Assembly: GCF_008831285.2 (NCBI RefSeq)
Contig: NC_045138.2
Location: forward strand, 37,324,001-37,388,000
From: Nymphaea colorata
Taxonomy: Eukaryota
Length of the DNA: 64,000 bases
Reading direction: 5' to 3'
Position numbers and translations under genes: made by a program. Within the stretch, counting starts at the first letter, position 1. Every line of letters begins with the position of its first letter. This document shows positions 50,318 to 62,995 of this stretch, piece after piece. Under the pieces are notes generated by a model. The model had not been told where the DNA came from. It saw only the letters and a program-made list of their open reading frames with translations, and searched no databases.

Positions 50318-53003
50318 ATGGCGAATGTTGCGATGACAAGCGATCTGGAGGAAGTACTGAGGCCATTCCATCAAAGGGCGGCAGAAGCAGAGGTAGTTTC
50401 CTGGATATATCTCTCTCTCTCTCTTTCATACTTGGGATAATAGATTGATTCAATTTAGTTTCACGCGTTGTGATGGAGTTTGTGGTTTCGCAAAAACAAA
50501 AAGTGGGCAATTCTCCAAAACTGGAAATCGCCGTTTTCCTTCTTGCTGGTCATCATATAACCGATTTTTTAAATAATTTTTCTTCATTGATTAATTTTTC
50601 CTGAAGGCACTTGAGATGCTGCTAAGAACTTGGTGACCGACTTGTTAGTAATCGTCTTTCTTGACTTTATCGATGATATCGTTATCGTGCACTCTCTGTG
50701 TCTAGATGTCGGGAGGCATGTATCGTCCTAGGATGATATGGAGCTTCCTTTTATTTATTTTCGAAAGAATTTTCAATCTTAAGGTCTCTCTTGGATTTAA
50801 TGTTTAGGTGGGTATTGATAAATTTTCATGATACAGGAAAGATTGGCAAAACTGGAACTCCTATCGGAGAGCAAGAAAGGTATATCATCATGTTTGAATT
50901 GAAAATTCTTTTAGGACGGACTTGATGACCTACTCATTTGATTTCGTAGGATATTCTATCGAGGAAGCGTTGCAACTGAAGGATCTGCAGACGAAGTTGG
51001 ATTCTGCAGAAGCTGAGAAGATAGATGTAATTTCATACTGGTCCCTTTTTTCCACTCCTCTGTTTGGATTTTGGAGAATATGTAACTGGACTACTAGAGT
51101 CATTCTTGCTTTCAGGCTTTGAAGGAGGTGCGGAAACTTCAAGCTGAAAATGCCAAGCTTCAATATCGAATCCTTCATCTTATTCGAGCTGTGCAAGATG
51201 CAGACAAAGTCAAAGGTATTCACTGTTATATTTTGTCCACCAACTTATGTTCGATCCATACTGTTTCTTAAGAAACATTTTAGAATTTGGAGCAGCCTAG
51301 AAGATGAAACGGACTATAGCTTTGGAGAAAACGTTCTTCTTGCTTGATTGGCAAAATTCACTTGGTTTTAGAATGTACTGAAAAGCATACAAGATGGTCA
51401 TCATCTTCATCGATTATCAAATTATGTCAATTGAGTCGTCTTTGGGGATCTCAATTTTAATATCATCATACTTAATGGTACTTGATCACCTACGACTAAC
51501 CTTTTTTGTTGCCAAAGTCTGTCCTTTCTGTAGGTTTCTTACCAGTGTTGGAACTTGGTAGATATCTGGACTTCTATTGAGCCAATCCTTTCTTCTTGAT
51601 CATTCAACATAGTTTTTTTTATCAACTTTTGAATATTTAATTGGGAACATACTTTCATGCTTTTCCAAACATGGCAAGAGAAAAATCAGTTAGATCTCAG
51701 GGCTCACCTTGATGAGTTTAATTCAATTTACGAAAGTGAAAATTTTAGCACCATATAATGATATACTCAAAGTGATATTTTTTTCTGGACATTGTAAAAC
51801 AAAGCACATTCTGCTCTTATGGCTGTCTTCAATTCAATTCTCTCTGGGTTATGGTAACGACAAAATTCAGCACCTGTCAGAGTTTGTAATTTTTTTTATA
51901 TGCATTGTTATGTATGCTTATATAATAAATTGGTAGGATGTCCACGATACAGAACATTGGAAATAACATCAGTAAGTGGAAAACCTGTGGTAACATGTTC
52001 ATGTAGTGGATATTGACTGCTTATGAGTAAATGAGTTCGTACTAATTATATTTATAGTCACTCAAATGTATTGTTGCACAAGTTGTCACTAGCAGCAGTA
52101 AATTATATTATGCATATGCTCTCTTTCTCCAACCCATCACATGCTAGGCCTGTGTCATCTGGTTGGGTAGAGGCCTACATTCATATCCATGTTTGGAACT
52201 TGAGATTGGTAAGCCTCCTGAGTTCAAGAAACACTTTCTCCAGTCCAGCTTTATAAGGCTCGATCAAGTTATTTATGCCTTGCGTCTTGTGAATAGCCTA
52301 TTTTTTTTCCCTCTATACTGTTTTGATGATTGTTGCTTATTGGAAATTGGTGGTTCAATACTCCATTTGTGTTTATGATCTAATTAAATGTATCCACTTT
52401 TTCTCTGTTTTGTAGTTTCTTGCCATGAAAATTCAACTTAAACCACAGTAATGAAACTTTACATGAGTTCTGGAAAAGGCACCTTTTGTTACCTTGAACT
52501 CTTGCTCCCCTACCGACCTTTATGTTTAAAGCTCCAGATGGGTCTCAATCTCATTCTCTTTTTTTTTTTTTTTTTTGGAGAAATTTGCGAGATCAGTTGT
52601 GTGCTTAAATGACAATCCATGCAATACGTTGGCTTTTTTGGAGGTTATATTAAAGTGAACCTCCTCTATCAATCTATGCCTGTGCAAGCAGGCAGACAGT
52701 TGTGGTTGTCAGAGCAGTCACATATCTAAATGTCTAAAATCATTACATGCTGCTATTTTTTATGCTTTAAGTTGTGTGAGTTGCTTTAAAATTCTTAATT
52801 ACAGCATTTTTCTACCTTGTTGGGGTCTTCATATCCTCATCTTTGCAAGTTGATTGATCATTCAACCATAAAGTTGCTTTAGCAAAACAATATCCTTTTT
52901 TTTTTTCTCCACATATCTCGCTTTATACTTGATTGAAAGGAGATACGAATACACAACCAAATGTGTGAAACCCTTTTCTGTCATTGCAGATACATTTCAT
53001 TGA
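50318..53003 (+). CDS. Small coiled-coil protein (~102 aa), uncharacterised; resembles the AIMP1/ArgRS N-terminal zipper
   Basis: Exons 50318-50392, 50837-50879, 50950-51026, 51116-51215 and a tentative last exon 52990-53003, all phase-consistent GT-AG. Translation MANVAMTSDLEEVLRPFHQRAAEAEERLAKLELLSESKKGYSIEEALQLKDLQTKLDSAEAEKIDALKEVRKLQAENAKLQYRILHLIRAVQDADKVKDTFH. The last exon is least certain. Confidence 0.8.
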
Positions 53004-54808
53004 GAGGGAGATATGGATAGCCAAAAAAATGTAGGAATTCCTTTTCGGCGTTGCAGAAACATGGGCATGGGAAGATTGGTGGTTGAAGTTCGACCATGGT
53101 TCGTTGTCTTGATCGACTCTGTAGGTTTTGAAGCCAAAAGACTTTTAGTACTGTCCAAAGTCTTCTGATAATTAGTCACTATAGAAATCAGGCAATAACA
53201 GACTTGTAATATAAAATTATTTTGAAAAGTCTGTCAGTAAATTTCTCCTGCCATGAATAATTTGGTGCAACTATTTGTTTGATCTCTTTATCTAAGATGG
53301 AAAAGGTTCATGGGAGTTCCCGAGTTGCGGCTGCGTCACTCAACCAGCATTGGAGGCCACGGGGAGCTGAGGCCGATGGCCCGATGGTGATAGAAATCCC
53401 GACTATCCGCCCTTCTACATCCGTTGGCCTAATCAAAGGCCATCTTGGCTTCATCCTAGATTTTTATTGACTTTACTGGTTAATTAACCAGGTCTGGAGC
53501 TGGTGCTCTTGCTGGCGTCTGAATTTCTTCTCCATTTCGGGCCTTTTGGTATTTTCAACTCTCTTATTCGAGGATCTGGGGTTCTTCAGAAATATTAATT
53601 TCACGATTGTGCAGTCATTTGAGATTTTTTGCTCGAAGAAACACGAGTCAAAGATAAAGAATTTTTCACCAGGATGGATGGCCACTCAACCCTCAAATTG
53701 TGCCAACCGAACCTTCATCTTTCAAGACGTTAAGAGTTGAGTACATGTAAAGTGTGTGGCACACTTGGAACAATCTTATAAGCTTTCACGCAAATGGCTC
53801 AGTGATCATATTGAATTTATAAATCACGGCATGCATTGGTGCTGACGCTAAAGTATGATCCGCTTAAAATGAGTAAAAGGATTAAGATTTTCGTGATTTT
53901 CTTCTTTATGGTGATCGTAACGCAATTTAAACCTATGCATAGACGTGGACGGAGATCACAGATCCTTTTCTTTTATCTCTTTGATCCACAGGCTCCTGAA
54001 GTTATAATATTTATTTTCGGTGAGCGGAAGTTAACCCAATGCTTGAGTGGGAAGCTGAACCTTCATCTCCTTTTCCCTCTATTTTTTTTTTTTTTTTATG
54101 GGTTCAGAGCTGCATCGGGACCTAGGTGACTATAGGAAAATGAATTTATGTATGTACTATCACTGATTTCTTTCTGAGTTTGGAAATGGTTGAAGAAAAA
54201 AAGGTGCACAACTATATACTATTAGTGTTTTAGTTACTTGGAAAGCTCGTTAACAAACTCCGCTCAAGAGGTTTATGGATCATATGATTATGAGATGGAG
54301 AGTTGGGCAGCAGCATAGAGTTATTAGTGGACCGGGTCATGGATTCAAGTACCAAATGGATATTGTCCCATTTAGCAGGCAGGGCAATCAAGGATTTCAT
54401 CAATTAAAGGCCTGCTGATTTGTGGTTGGCGTTCAACAATCCCAAAAGATCATTCATTTTTTCTGGCACTCAATCAAGGACGGTTTCATTTATTGTGCAT
54501 TTAGTGGTCCACCTCACTTTGCCAATCAGAAGCCTTATGAAAATAAGTTTTTTTATTTTTGAATGCTGATTAAGTGCAATATTGTTATGTTGTAAGAACT
54601 TAAGATTCAATAAAATGCAAGAGCCAGTGGCTCTTCACCTCCGAGTGGGATCGATCTCAATTTTCTAAGGTTTCCTTCGTCCGATTCCCTTGCCGTCGGG
54701 CAAAAAATCATGCCGCCGTCTTACCCGTAGACTGTAGTATCGTCCAATGTCGAACTTATTCGATTGTCGGTTTGATTTCAGATCCATTTAAGCGGATGTC
54801 ACAAAAAG

Positions 54809-54939
54809 ACCTCACTATTAATCTGTATCAGAGACTCAGATTAATAAAGATCTGAATAGATTGGCTTCCACTTACTAAAAAACCTCACTATTAATCTGTA
54901 TCAGAGGCTCAGATTAATAAAGATCGGAATAGATTGGCT
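54809..54939. repeat. 73-bp-period tandem duplication, each unit with a 10-bp-stem hairpin
   Basis: ACCTCACTATTAATCTGTATCAGAG[A/G]CTCAGATTAATAAAGATC.GAATAGATTGGCT starting at 54809 and 54882. TATTAATCTG and CAGATTAATA are reverse complements. Confidence 0.88.
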
Positions 54940-55840
54940 CGAGCACTTGCGAATGCACTTGTCTTATGCTGAGCCGAATTCGATTAGTCTTTTGTGTGAA
55001 ATAGGTTTTTCATCCATGACTTAAACAAAATTCGATCAGATTAGAGCTGATTAAATCAGACAAGATAAAACCTGAATTCACCCGTCTCGAACTGCTCGGT
55101 CTTCTGTCTATCTGAACATCCATCTCAAAAGGTGATGAGCGGGCCAGACAGGGTAATGCACACACTGTATTTTTTAATTAATGCCATCACTGTTCCATTA
55201 AAACGTCGATTAAATGTTGATTCGGCTTCCTTGGTCAACAGAGAAACAAGGACACGCCCCCCACATTTCCTCCGTCGGGTTGAGACGATAGTAAATAAAA
55301 CTGAAAGATATTAAATGGGCATGAGGTTAGGAACTAGGAAGACCAGAAGAAATAAGAAGAGAAGAAAAGAAATGTTTTGATGAGATCAATACCCCTAAAC
55401 AAAAATAAAGTTTACAAGAATGCGTTGTAAAAGGGAAAGACAGAAGACATGACGACGACATATTTCCAAAGGAAGGTGAAAATAAAAGACCCGTTCACAT
55501 TTTACAATATGGTTTCATTTTCAGACCACCACCCGCTCCTTACCCACCGCCTGCAGATCCACCGCTGAAAGAGAACAGTCATTGGCGATCAATTGCGTTC
55601 TTTCGTCACATAAGGGGATAGGAATCAAAGAAAGAGAGCTGAAACGGGAAACCTGTGCATAGTCGCCATTAAGATCCCACATAAGAGGGAGAGATTTCAC
55701 ATCTAGATGCTCATGGTCATATATTATATGTACCATGTTCCCATGTGAGAAGACCCAAGTGGCACTTACCTTCAGTTCCCCGCCAATATTGCCTGCATCA
55801 AAGTGATCCCGCCCCCTTTTCTGCCCCCCGCCCCAGCGCC

Positions 55841-58800
55841 ATGGGGAGGAGCTTCATCTTCATAGCATTCCTCATCGTATTTTGGTATCTCTCCAACATT
55901 GGTGTTCTTCTCCTGAACAAGTACCTGCTGTCCAATTATGGATTTAGCTACCCAATCTTCCTCACCATGTGCCACATGACTGCCTGCGCTTCTTTTAGCT
56001 ACGTGTCAATTGTTCTGATGAAAATCGTGCCCCTCCAGACGATAAAATCATGGCACCAGTTCACGAAGATCGCAGCTTTGGGAGTGGTTTTTTGTGGGTC
56101 TGTGGTGGGAGGCAACGTCTCTCTGAAATATTTGGCTGTGTCGTTCAACCAGGCTGTGGGTGCGACCACCCCTTTCTTCACTGCTTTGTTTGCATACTTA
56201 ATGACGTTCAAGAGGGAGGCATGGGTCACTTATGCTGCACTTGTTCCTGTTGTTGCGGGGGTGATCATCGCCAGTGGGGTGAGAACATAGTTTTCCTCTT
56301 CCCTTCTGTTGTCTTCCAAGTTTCATCGGTATCATGTTATTCGTACTGTTTGTCCTGATCATTCTGGTTTGATGATCATTTTTCTTAATTATTCTGAATT
56401 GCAAGAATATGGTAACATTTATATAGCCTCGTGGCCGTTTGTTCATGTCAATTGACAAGTCTACCAATTTAACCATCTGAGTTTCAGAATCCTGGTTTCA
56501 TCAAGAAGTCAAACCCCCTCTCTCTTTCTCTCTCTGAAGTGCAATGGCTAAAGTTAGAACTTTGTAACTGACATAAGAAACCAGTAGATAGAATCTTGAG
56601 TCTCCGCAATAGGTTTGTTGTAAATCGCTTAGTTAGAAAACCTGTATACTGCAGACTAAAATGATTTTTTCTTCTTGGCATGTCCTGCTTGGTTTCGTCG
56701 GTCCGCAGCCAATTAAGGGACAACGAATTAGATGGAACTTGAGCTTCTGCAAGTGGCACAATAAACAATAAGTTCAAACATTTTTAGAAGTATATAACTA
56801 CAACTTACCGCTCGATTTGTTTAGCATGTAAGGTGCCTCATAATAAACAAATAGTTGGTCGAAATTCCCCTCCCGCATCTCCACACAAAAAGATGATGGT
56901 TACTTTAAATACTAAAGCTAGCAGACAAACTTATCAAAAGTCGACTGCCTAATGCATTAACAAATGGTCTCTCGAAGCGTGTCCAATAACGGGAACAAAA
57001 TTTATGCTGCGCCGGAATATAGCAAGGCCAAAAACACATATTTTCATCTAGCAACAAGAGTGATCTAGAAAAATACCATAAAGGGAGGTTCGTCAGAATT
57101 ACAAGCATACCTGATAAAAGCTGCAGTAAGGACTAAGGGCTAACTAGACAAAAAAAAACCTTGGCTTCTTCAGAAGATATATTTTATAGTGCACATGTGT
57201 GATAATCTGATGGAAACTGAACTAAGAGGATGCCACATAAATACGGGAATAGCTTGCCTCTTTAAGCACTTAGTGGGGAAGAGGCAACTTAGTACTTTAT
57301 GAGCTGGACTATTCAGGTAAAAATTTGAATCAAAATCCTTCAGGCCATTTGAAGCAGGTGAATTTGTTAATCAGTAAGAAAAAACTTGCTAACTAATTGA
57401 ACAAGCAGTCTATTGTTTTGTTGCATAACTGCAATTAAATATTAAACTACAACATTACCAATTTACCAGTAAGCATGCAAGAAACTGGGAAAAAATATTG
57501 ATATACCCTAAAGGATAATACATGTTTTTTAAGCCTCAGTTATGGTTTTTGTCTGGTGCATCTGGTGTTTCTCATCAAATATAATATTTGTCTGGTAGGA
57601 TGTATTAGATGGTCACTGGGTGCACCACAGATCTGTGTGATATGAATCTCTTGACACATGTGGTAGTCACTAGCAAAAAGGTTAGTTTTTTACAGGGAAA
57701 TTTTTATCCACTTTTGCTTATTTGTTGTTAAAGCATACAATCTACTTGGAACAGCAGAGAGATGTTGATCAAGTTAATAATAAATATCTAGACAATCTTA
57801 AATTTGGTATGTCTACTCGCTGACAATCTTGAATTGATTTTTAAATGAGATTCATCTTTTGTGGGTGCCAGGGTGAGCCAAGTTTTCACTTATTTGGGTT
57901 TATTATGTGCATTAGCGCAACCGCTGCACGTGCTTTCAAATCTGTACTTCAGGGCATTCTACTTACTTCTGAAGGGTAACTACTATATCTTGGTATTGTG
58001 TTTTGTTATCATGTATTAAAATATGTTTGACACACGTGCTGCAACCTCACCTGCACCATGAATCTTTCTCTTGTTCTCACATCCATACATCACATGCTTG
58101 ATTATTCTCCTTTCTGCTTTGTGGGCTCATCCTCCAATTGATCCTGGAGGGAAGCTAACCAAATCATATTGAAAGTGGATTGCATGTTTATACATCTTCC
58201 ACCTTGGAAGATTTTGTGTAGGAGGATGAAAATATTTCCAGTATTTGAAGAAACTAAGAAGTCATCAACCATTTGCAGGATGAGAGACATTATGAGCTCA
58301 TCTTATGGGACAGGATATTGGATTCAACTGCTCATTTATCTTTATTCACACTACCAAATGAGATAAAAGTACCTTGGCCTGTAGGCCCTCATGATAGTTG
58401 TTCTTTCACCTAGTCTGCAATGTACTAATGGTTTAGTTCTCTTGCTTTTGATCCTTTTTTCTGTGTCGACTCAATATCCATGCCTCCTTTTGGAATGAAG
58501 TTCTGCCTTTAGTTACGAGAAGCATGGAATGTTAACGCTTTTTTAGTTTTCTTGCTAAAACTATAATACATGTGCCACTTGTCAAAACCACTTTTTTCAA
58601 TTATTGATGCATTGAGCTCACAGGTTTGCATGTTCACTTGAATGCTTGCCACTGACACATACTAGGTATAATTTGGTCTGTACAACTGATAAGAATATAG
58701 AAGATTATAGCTGACATAATATCTCATTTGCTAAGCAGTTGGTATGTATATGTGACTGTGTGCATGCTAATTGAGAGATGATTTTCTTAGTACAGGTGGT

Positions 58801-61417
58801 TTTCTTCTTTTCTGGTTCCTCATGCATTGGTATTGGTATTGGGTGGTCTTTTCTGACTAGATATGTGAAATTGCATTGCCTTGAAATTGTCTATGGCTGT
58901 TTGTCTTGCATGGTGAAGTGGATGTTAATAAAACCTTTGTCTGTATTTTGAGTTGTCAATTGAGTATCTTTGGTGGATGTTAATAAAACCTTTATGGCTG
59001 TATGTCGAGGTGTCACTTGAGTGTCCTTCTGTCTTTTTGAGTACAAACTAGACTGATTGAATATGTTCTGCTCCTGTGACAGGGAAAAGTTAAATTCAAT
59101 GAATTTGCTTCTATACATGTCACCTGTTGCGGTTCTGGTTTTGCTGCCTATTACGCTGATAATGGAACCTGATGTATTGCATGCCAGCCTTTCTCTTATG
59201 AAAACTGATAAGCTTATGCTGTTCCTTCTCTTTGTGAACTCTGCAATGGCCTATTCAGCAAACTTATGTAACTTTCTGGTAACGAAGCACACCAGTGCAT
59301 TAACTCTTCAGGTTTGCCACTTGACTTTCATATCATGCATCTTTTCTCTCCTTTTAGACATCCATGCTCTGAGAACATGAATTGTCTGTGACTCTATCAT
59401 ATAAGAGAAGGTAGAAACTTCCTGTTAAAGGAAAAAAATGGCAAAGAAAGGTTCTGAAGCAAAGGTAGAGGTGGTGTTCTGAATTAGATCATGTGAGTTT
59501 ATACTTGTGGACCCTATGGGACCCTAATCCTAATTCATTGATTCACAGTTAGTTTCACATGGATGTTGATACGGGTTGCTTGAACTATTTCTTGAGCCTG
59601 GGAAAAAGGAAAAGGTAAATAGATTACTAGGAGGGGATTGGATTTTCCTTCTTCCTAGAACATCGCTGAACCATACCACATAGTTCCAGCAACAAAACTG
59701 CAAAAAAGCACGACAGTGATACTACTGGAAAGCGCAGTTTCACTATTGCTAATACATAATGCTTTATATGGATCTTGGGTAGGTAGATACTAAGATGGAA
59801 TAGTCCTGCTAATATTTCCAAGGTGTCTGCTATAATGTCATAAAAAGTTATCTGCTAGAGCAAAAGGATCTATACCCTTCACACCACATGAAGGATTTAC
59901 AGGTTGCTCTTTTCCGGCAGCCAATAAGGATCAGATGCCAATACTCTAGGGCCATACAGACCTGTTATATGAAATGCTCCAAACCCAATTACCAGGAGGG
60001 GATTGGATTTTATTTTTTCTTGAAGTACTCTTCTTGGAATCTTATTTGCATAGAAAGGTGCTTTTATCTTTATACATGTGATATAATGTTCTTTTAATTT
60101 GATTTTTGCTTTCTGTTTTACAGTTTGTGAAGGAAAGAAGCATTCTATTAATGTACAAATGCTTTTATTACTATTAAATGAAACTTTACTTTAGGATAGC
60201 ATAAGAAGGACTTGATCTTGGCAAATGCCCATGTTGTAAACATGCATGCACACACAACACACAAAACTAGACCTTAACTTCTATAAGCATGCCCTGACAA
60301 CTGTCTATATCTCTCACTATCAAATGTTGAAGGAATATTCCATTAAGATAAAGATAGACATAGGCAGTAGTCAGGATTGTTAGAATTGTGGATGTCAGGA
60401 TGTGAGTTCCTACCAGGTTGAGGGATACGCTTGTGGGTTTCTATGATGCCACTTCATGTCGAGTCTCCTATCATGCATTTGAGTATATTTGCTTATCATC
60501 TGAGACCGAGATTCTTTCAACTGAGAGGCCTGGAGGATAATGTCCACTTATTTGGCCAACCATGTGTTTTCTTTTTCTGCATAAGTTTGATCAGTGTGAA
60601 CTCTTAGTTAACTAGGTAAGTGTTAAGCTATTCTGTACAAATCTGAGTATTTCCACGCTCAGGTTCTGGGAGTACTTGTTCTGTCGATCCACCTGGCATC
60701 AAGAGCTGCACATCACTTACATGATGGAGTAGTCAAGTGCCTTTTGATTGCTTATTTCTCATTTATGCATTGACACTGTCAGAAGCTTCCTGTACACTGG
60801 TCTTTAGTGACAATTAGCATACAGTTCTCATGGAAGAACCCCAACAAGCTAGATTCCTGAAATGCAGCTCTGCTACTGCATAGTGTGGCTTTATGTAATT
60901 CCACATGCGAGAATAATGTCTTTCTTGTTCTTGCAAATTTTAGCCGTCTTCCAGTCAAGCCCTTCAAAGTAGTACTTGCAATATGTCTCAAAATAAACAT
61001 TGGGTTTATGAGATGCCAAACATTGAAGAAGCATCTTAAATAATCGTATTACAGTTTACACTTTCACCCCATTAATTATTTGACTTGTAGGAACTAGTTG
61101 CAGAAATGTACCCAAGGAGGTAAATTGACTAAATTCTCTGCACTAGTTAATTTTTACTAGCTGGTTATAGATTTTTCTGGTCCCGCTGCAAATTGCATTC
61201 TTTTTTGATATTTTAACATGGGAGCTCAAGCAGTGATGTCTGAACATCTTCTTTTCTGCTTCATTGACAGGTCTTGGGTAATGCAAAAGGTGCAGTGGCA
61301 GTTGTTATTTCGATTCTGCTATTTCAGAATCCAATTTCCTTCATAGGAATGGCTGGCTATTCACTCACGGTGCTGGGAGTTGCCCTCTATGGAGAAACGA
61401 AGAGACGATACAGCTAG
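55841..61417 (+). CDS. Nucleotide-sugar / sugar-phosphate translocator, TPT family (UUAT1/At5g04160-like as recalled, 305 aa)
   Basis: Exons 55841-56278, 57872-57975, 59083-59311, 61271-61417 (918 nt). Motifs [97 protein letters not shown]; multiple transmembrane segments. Confidence 0.95.
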
Positions 61418-61882
61418 GACTCATAGATGGAATTCTCTTCTGATTATGTCACGGTCATTCCTTTAACATTATCCAGAAAGGAAGATGCACAAACTGGGGA
61501 CAAAACAGGAGTTGGTTAGTCGCAAAAGAGAGAGACTTTCTTCTCTATTCTTAGTGATGATCTTTTCAGAGGCTCGATCAATGTGCTCAATTTTTTTGAA
61601 TACTACATCTCTTGGTTATTACATTTGCTGCTGTAGCAGTTTTATTGTAGTCCAAGTTTGTCGATTTTTACTCATGTGGGTTTCCTTTAAAAATTAACAT
61701 AATATTTTCTACCCATGGTTAGTAGTGAAAGTTCCTGAGACCTTAAGAAGGTCGGTGATAATGATTTGGAACTTAAGCAAGTGTTTACGTGAAAAAAAGT
61801 TAAGTCACATGGGTATGGGTGCTGTTTAGATATGAGTATAGAGATACGGACGCAGGTACAACATGTAGATATCAAGAATGGC

Positions 61883-61887
<5 letters not shown>

Positions 61888-61925
<38 letters not shown>
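61888..61925. repeat. (AT)n microsatellite
   Basis: ~19 AT units. Confidence 0.95.
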
Positions 61926-61928
<3 letters not shown>

Positions 61929-62995
61929 AAGTAGAAAAAACTCAGCAACATTTAAATAAACAAGTGATATAAATAAAAACATTGCATGTTAAATAATAAC
62001 AACTTTCAAAAATAAAATTGAAATTGAATTAAAAAAATTAAATCAAGTAAATTAAATAGTTTGGATCAATGTTTAACTATTTAAAAAGCATCAAAGTGTG
62101 TCCAAATACTCTTCTTGGATACAAAGATCTTATTGAAGTACCCACGTGACTTAGGCAATTTTAATTCTCAAGTATCATTGAAAAGAAAATATAGACAAAA
62201 GCCTAAGACATCTTTGGCCACGATTTGATCTTTCCAATTCCAAACCCAGGTCCACCTTCCCTTCATCAGAGATCTGGGTCTAAAACTTGTTACTCGAATT
62301 CGGATCTCACTGTCCGGACCAGTGTTATAAGAACTGGTCTGAAACGGTCGAAAATATGCATCCTATTTTATCTGATTCTCCTTTTTCTTAGCATCTTGGT
62401 TTATAGCCTTAGATTATAATTAAATTGAAACCTTCGATTATACTTAACATCGATTCGGGCGATTTTATTTCAATTTTATTTGTTTGATATTTTTCTATAC
62501 CTTAGCATAATGGAGATCATATAGATGACCAATTGCTTCAATTTGAAAGTTAATTCTTGATCATGCTTTGCATTTTTTCCCCATATTTTATCGCCTTGTT
62601 GATGATTTTAATTCTTTCACAATTTTTTAATTCTTTTCTAATTTTTAATCTTTTAAAATTGAAAAATACATTTTAATCAATCCATTTACAAAAAGATTCT
62701 AATTGGATTCGATCCACACCCCCATTTACTTTTTCAATTCGTCTAAGAAATCCGGTTTCATAAGATTTGTCCGGACCCAGTACTTGAAGGAAATCATATT
62801 TCGGTCCTCGAGCAGTTCCAAATTATTGGTTCCACATCCTATGGATGTCCGTCATTGTGGAGGGTAATGTCGCCAATTAATTCAGCTCACAGTGGCTTGC
62901 CGGTTGCCCTCGGGAGTGGATGCTTTACGCCCTTTCCCTCTGCGCGGGACTCTCTCTCTCTCTCTCTCTCTCTCTTGTGTGTGCTTGCTCCTGAG

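Noticed and set aside
55745..55840. In-frame N-terminal extension of the transporter ORF (likewise 37620-37667 for GPDHC1)
   Set aside because: Begins at a non-ATG codon; the first ATG in good context gives the expected family length.
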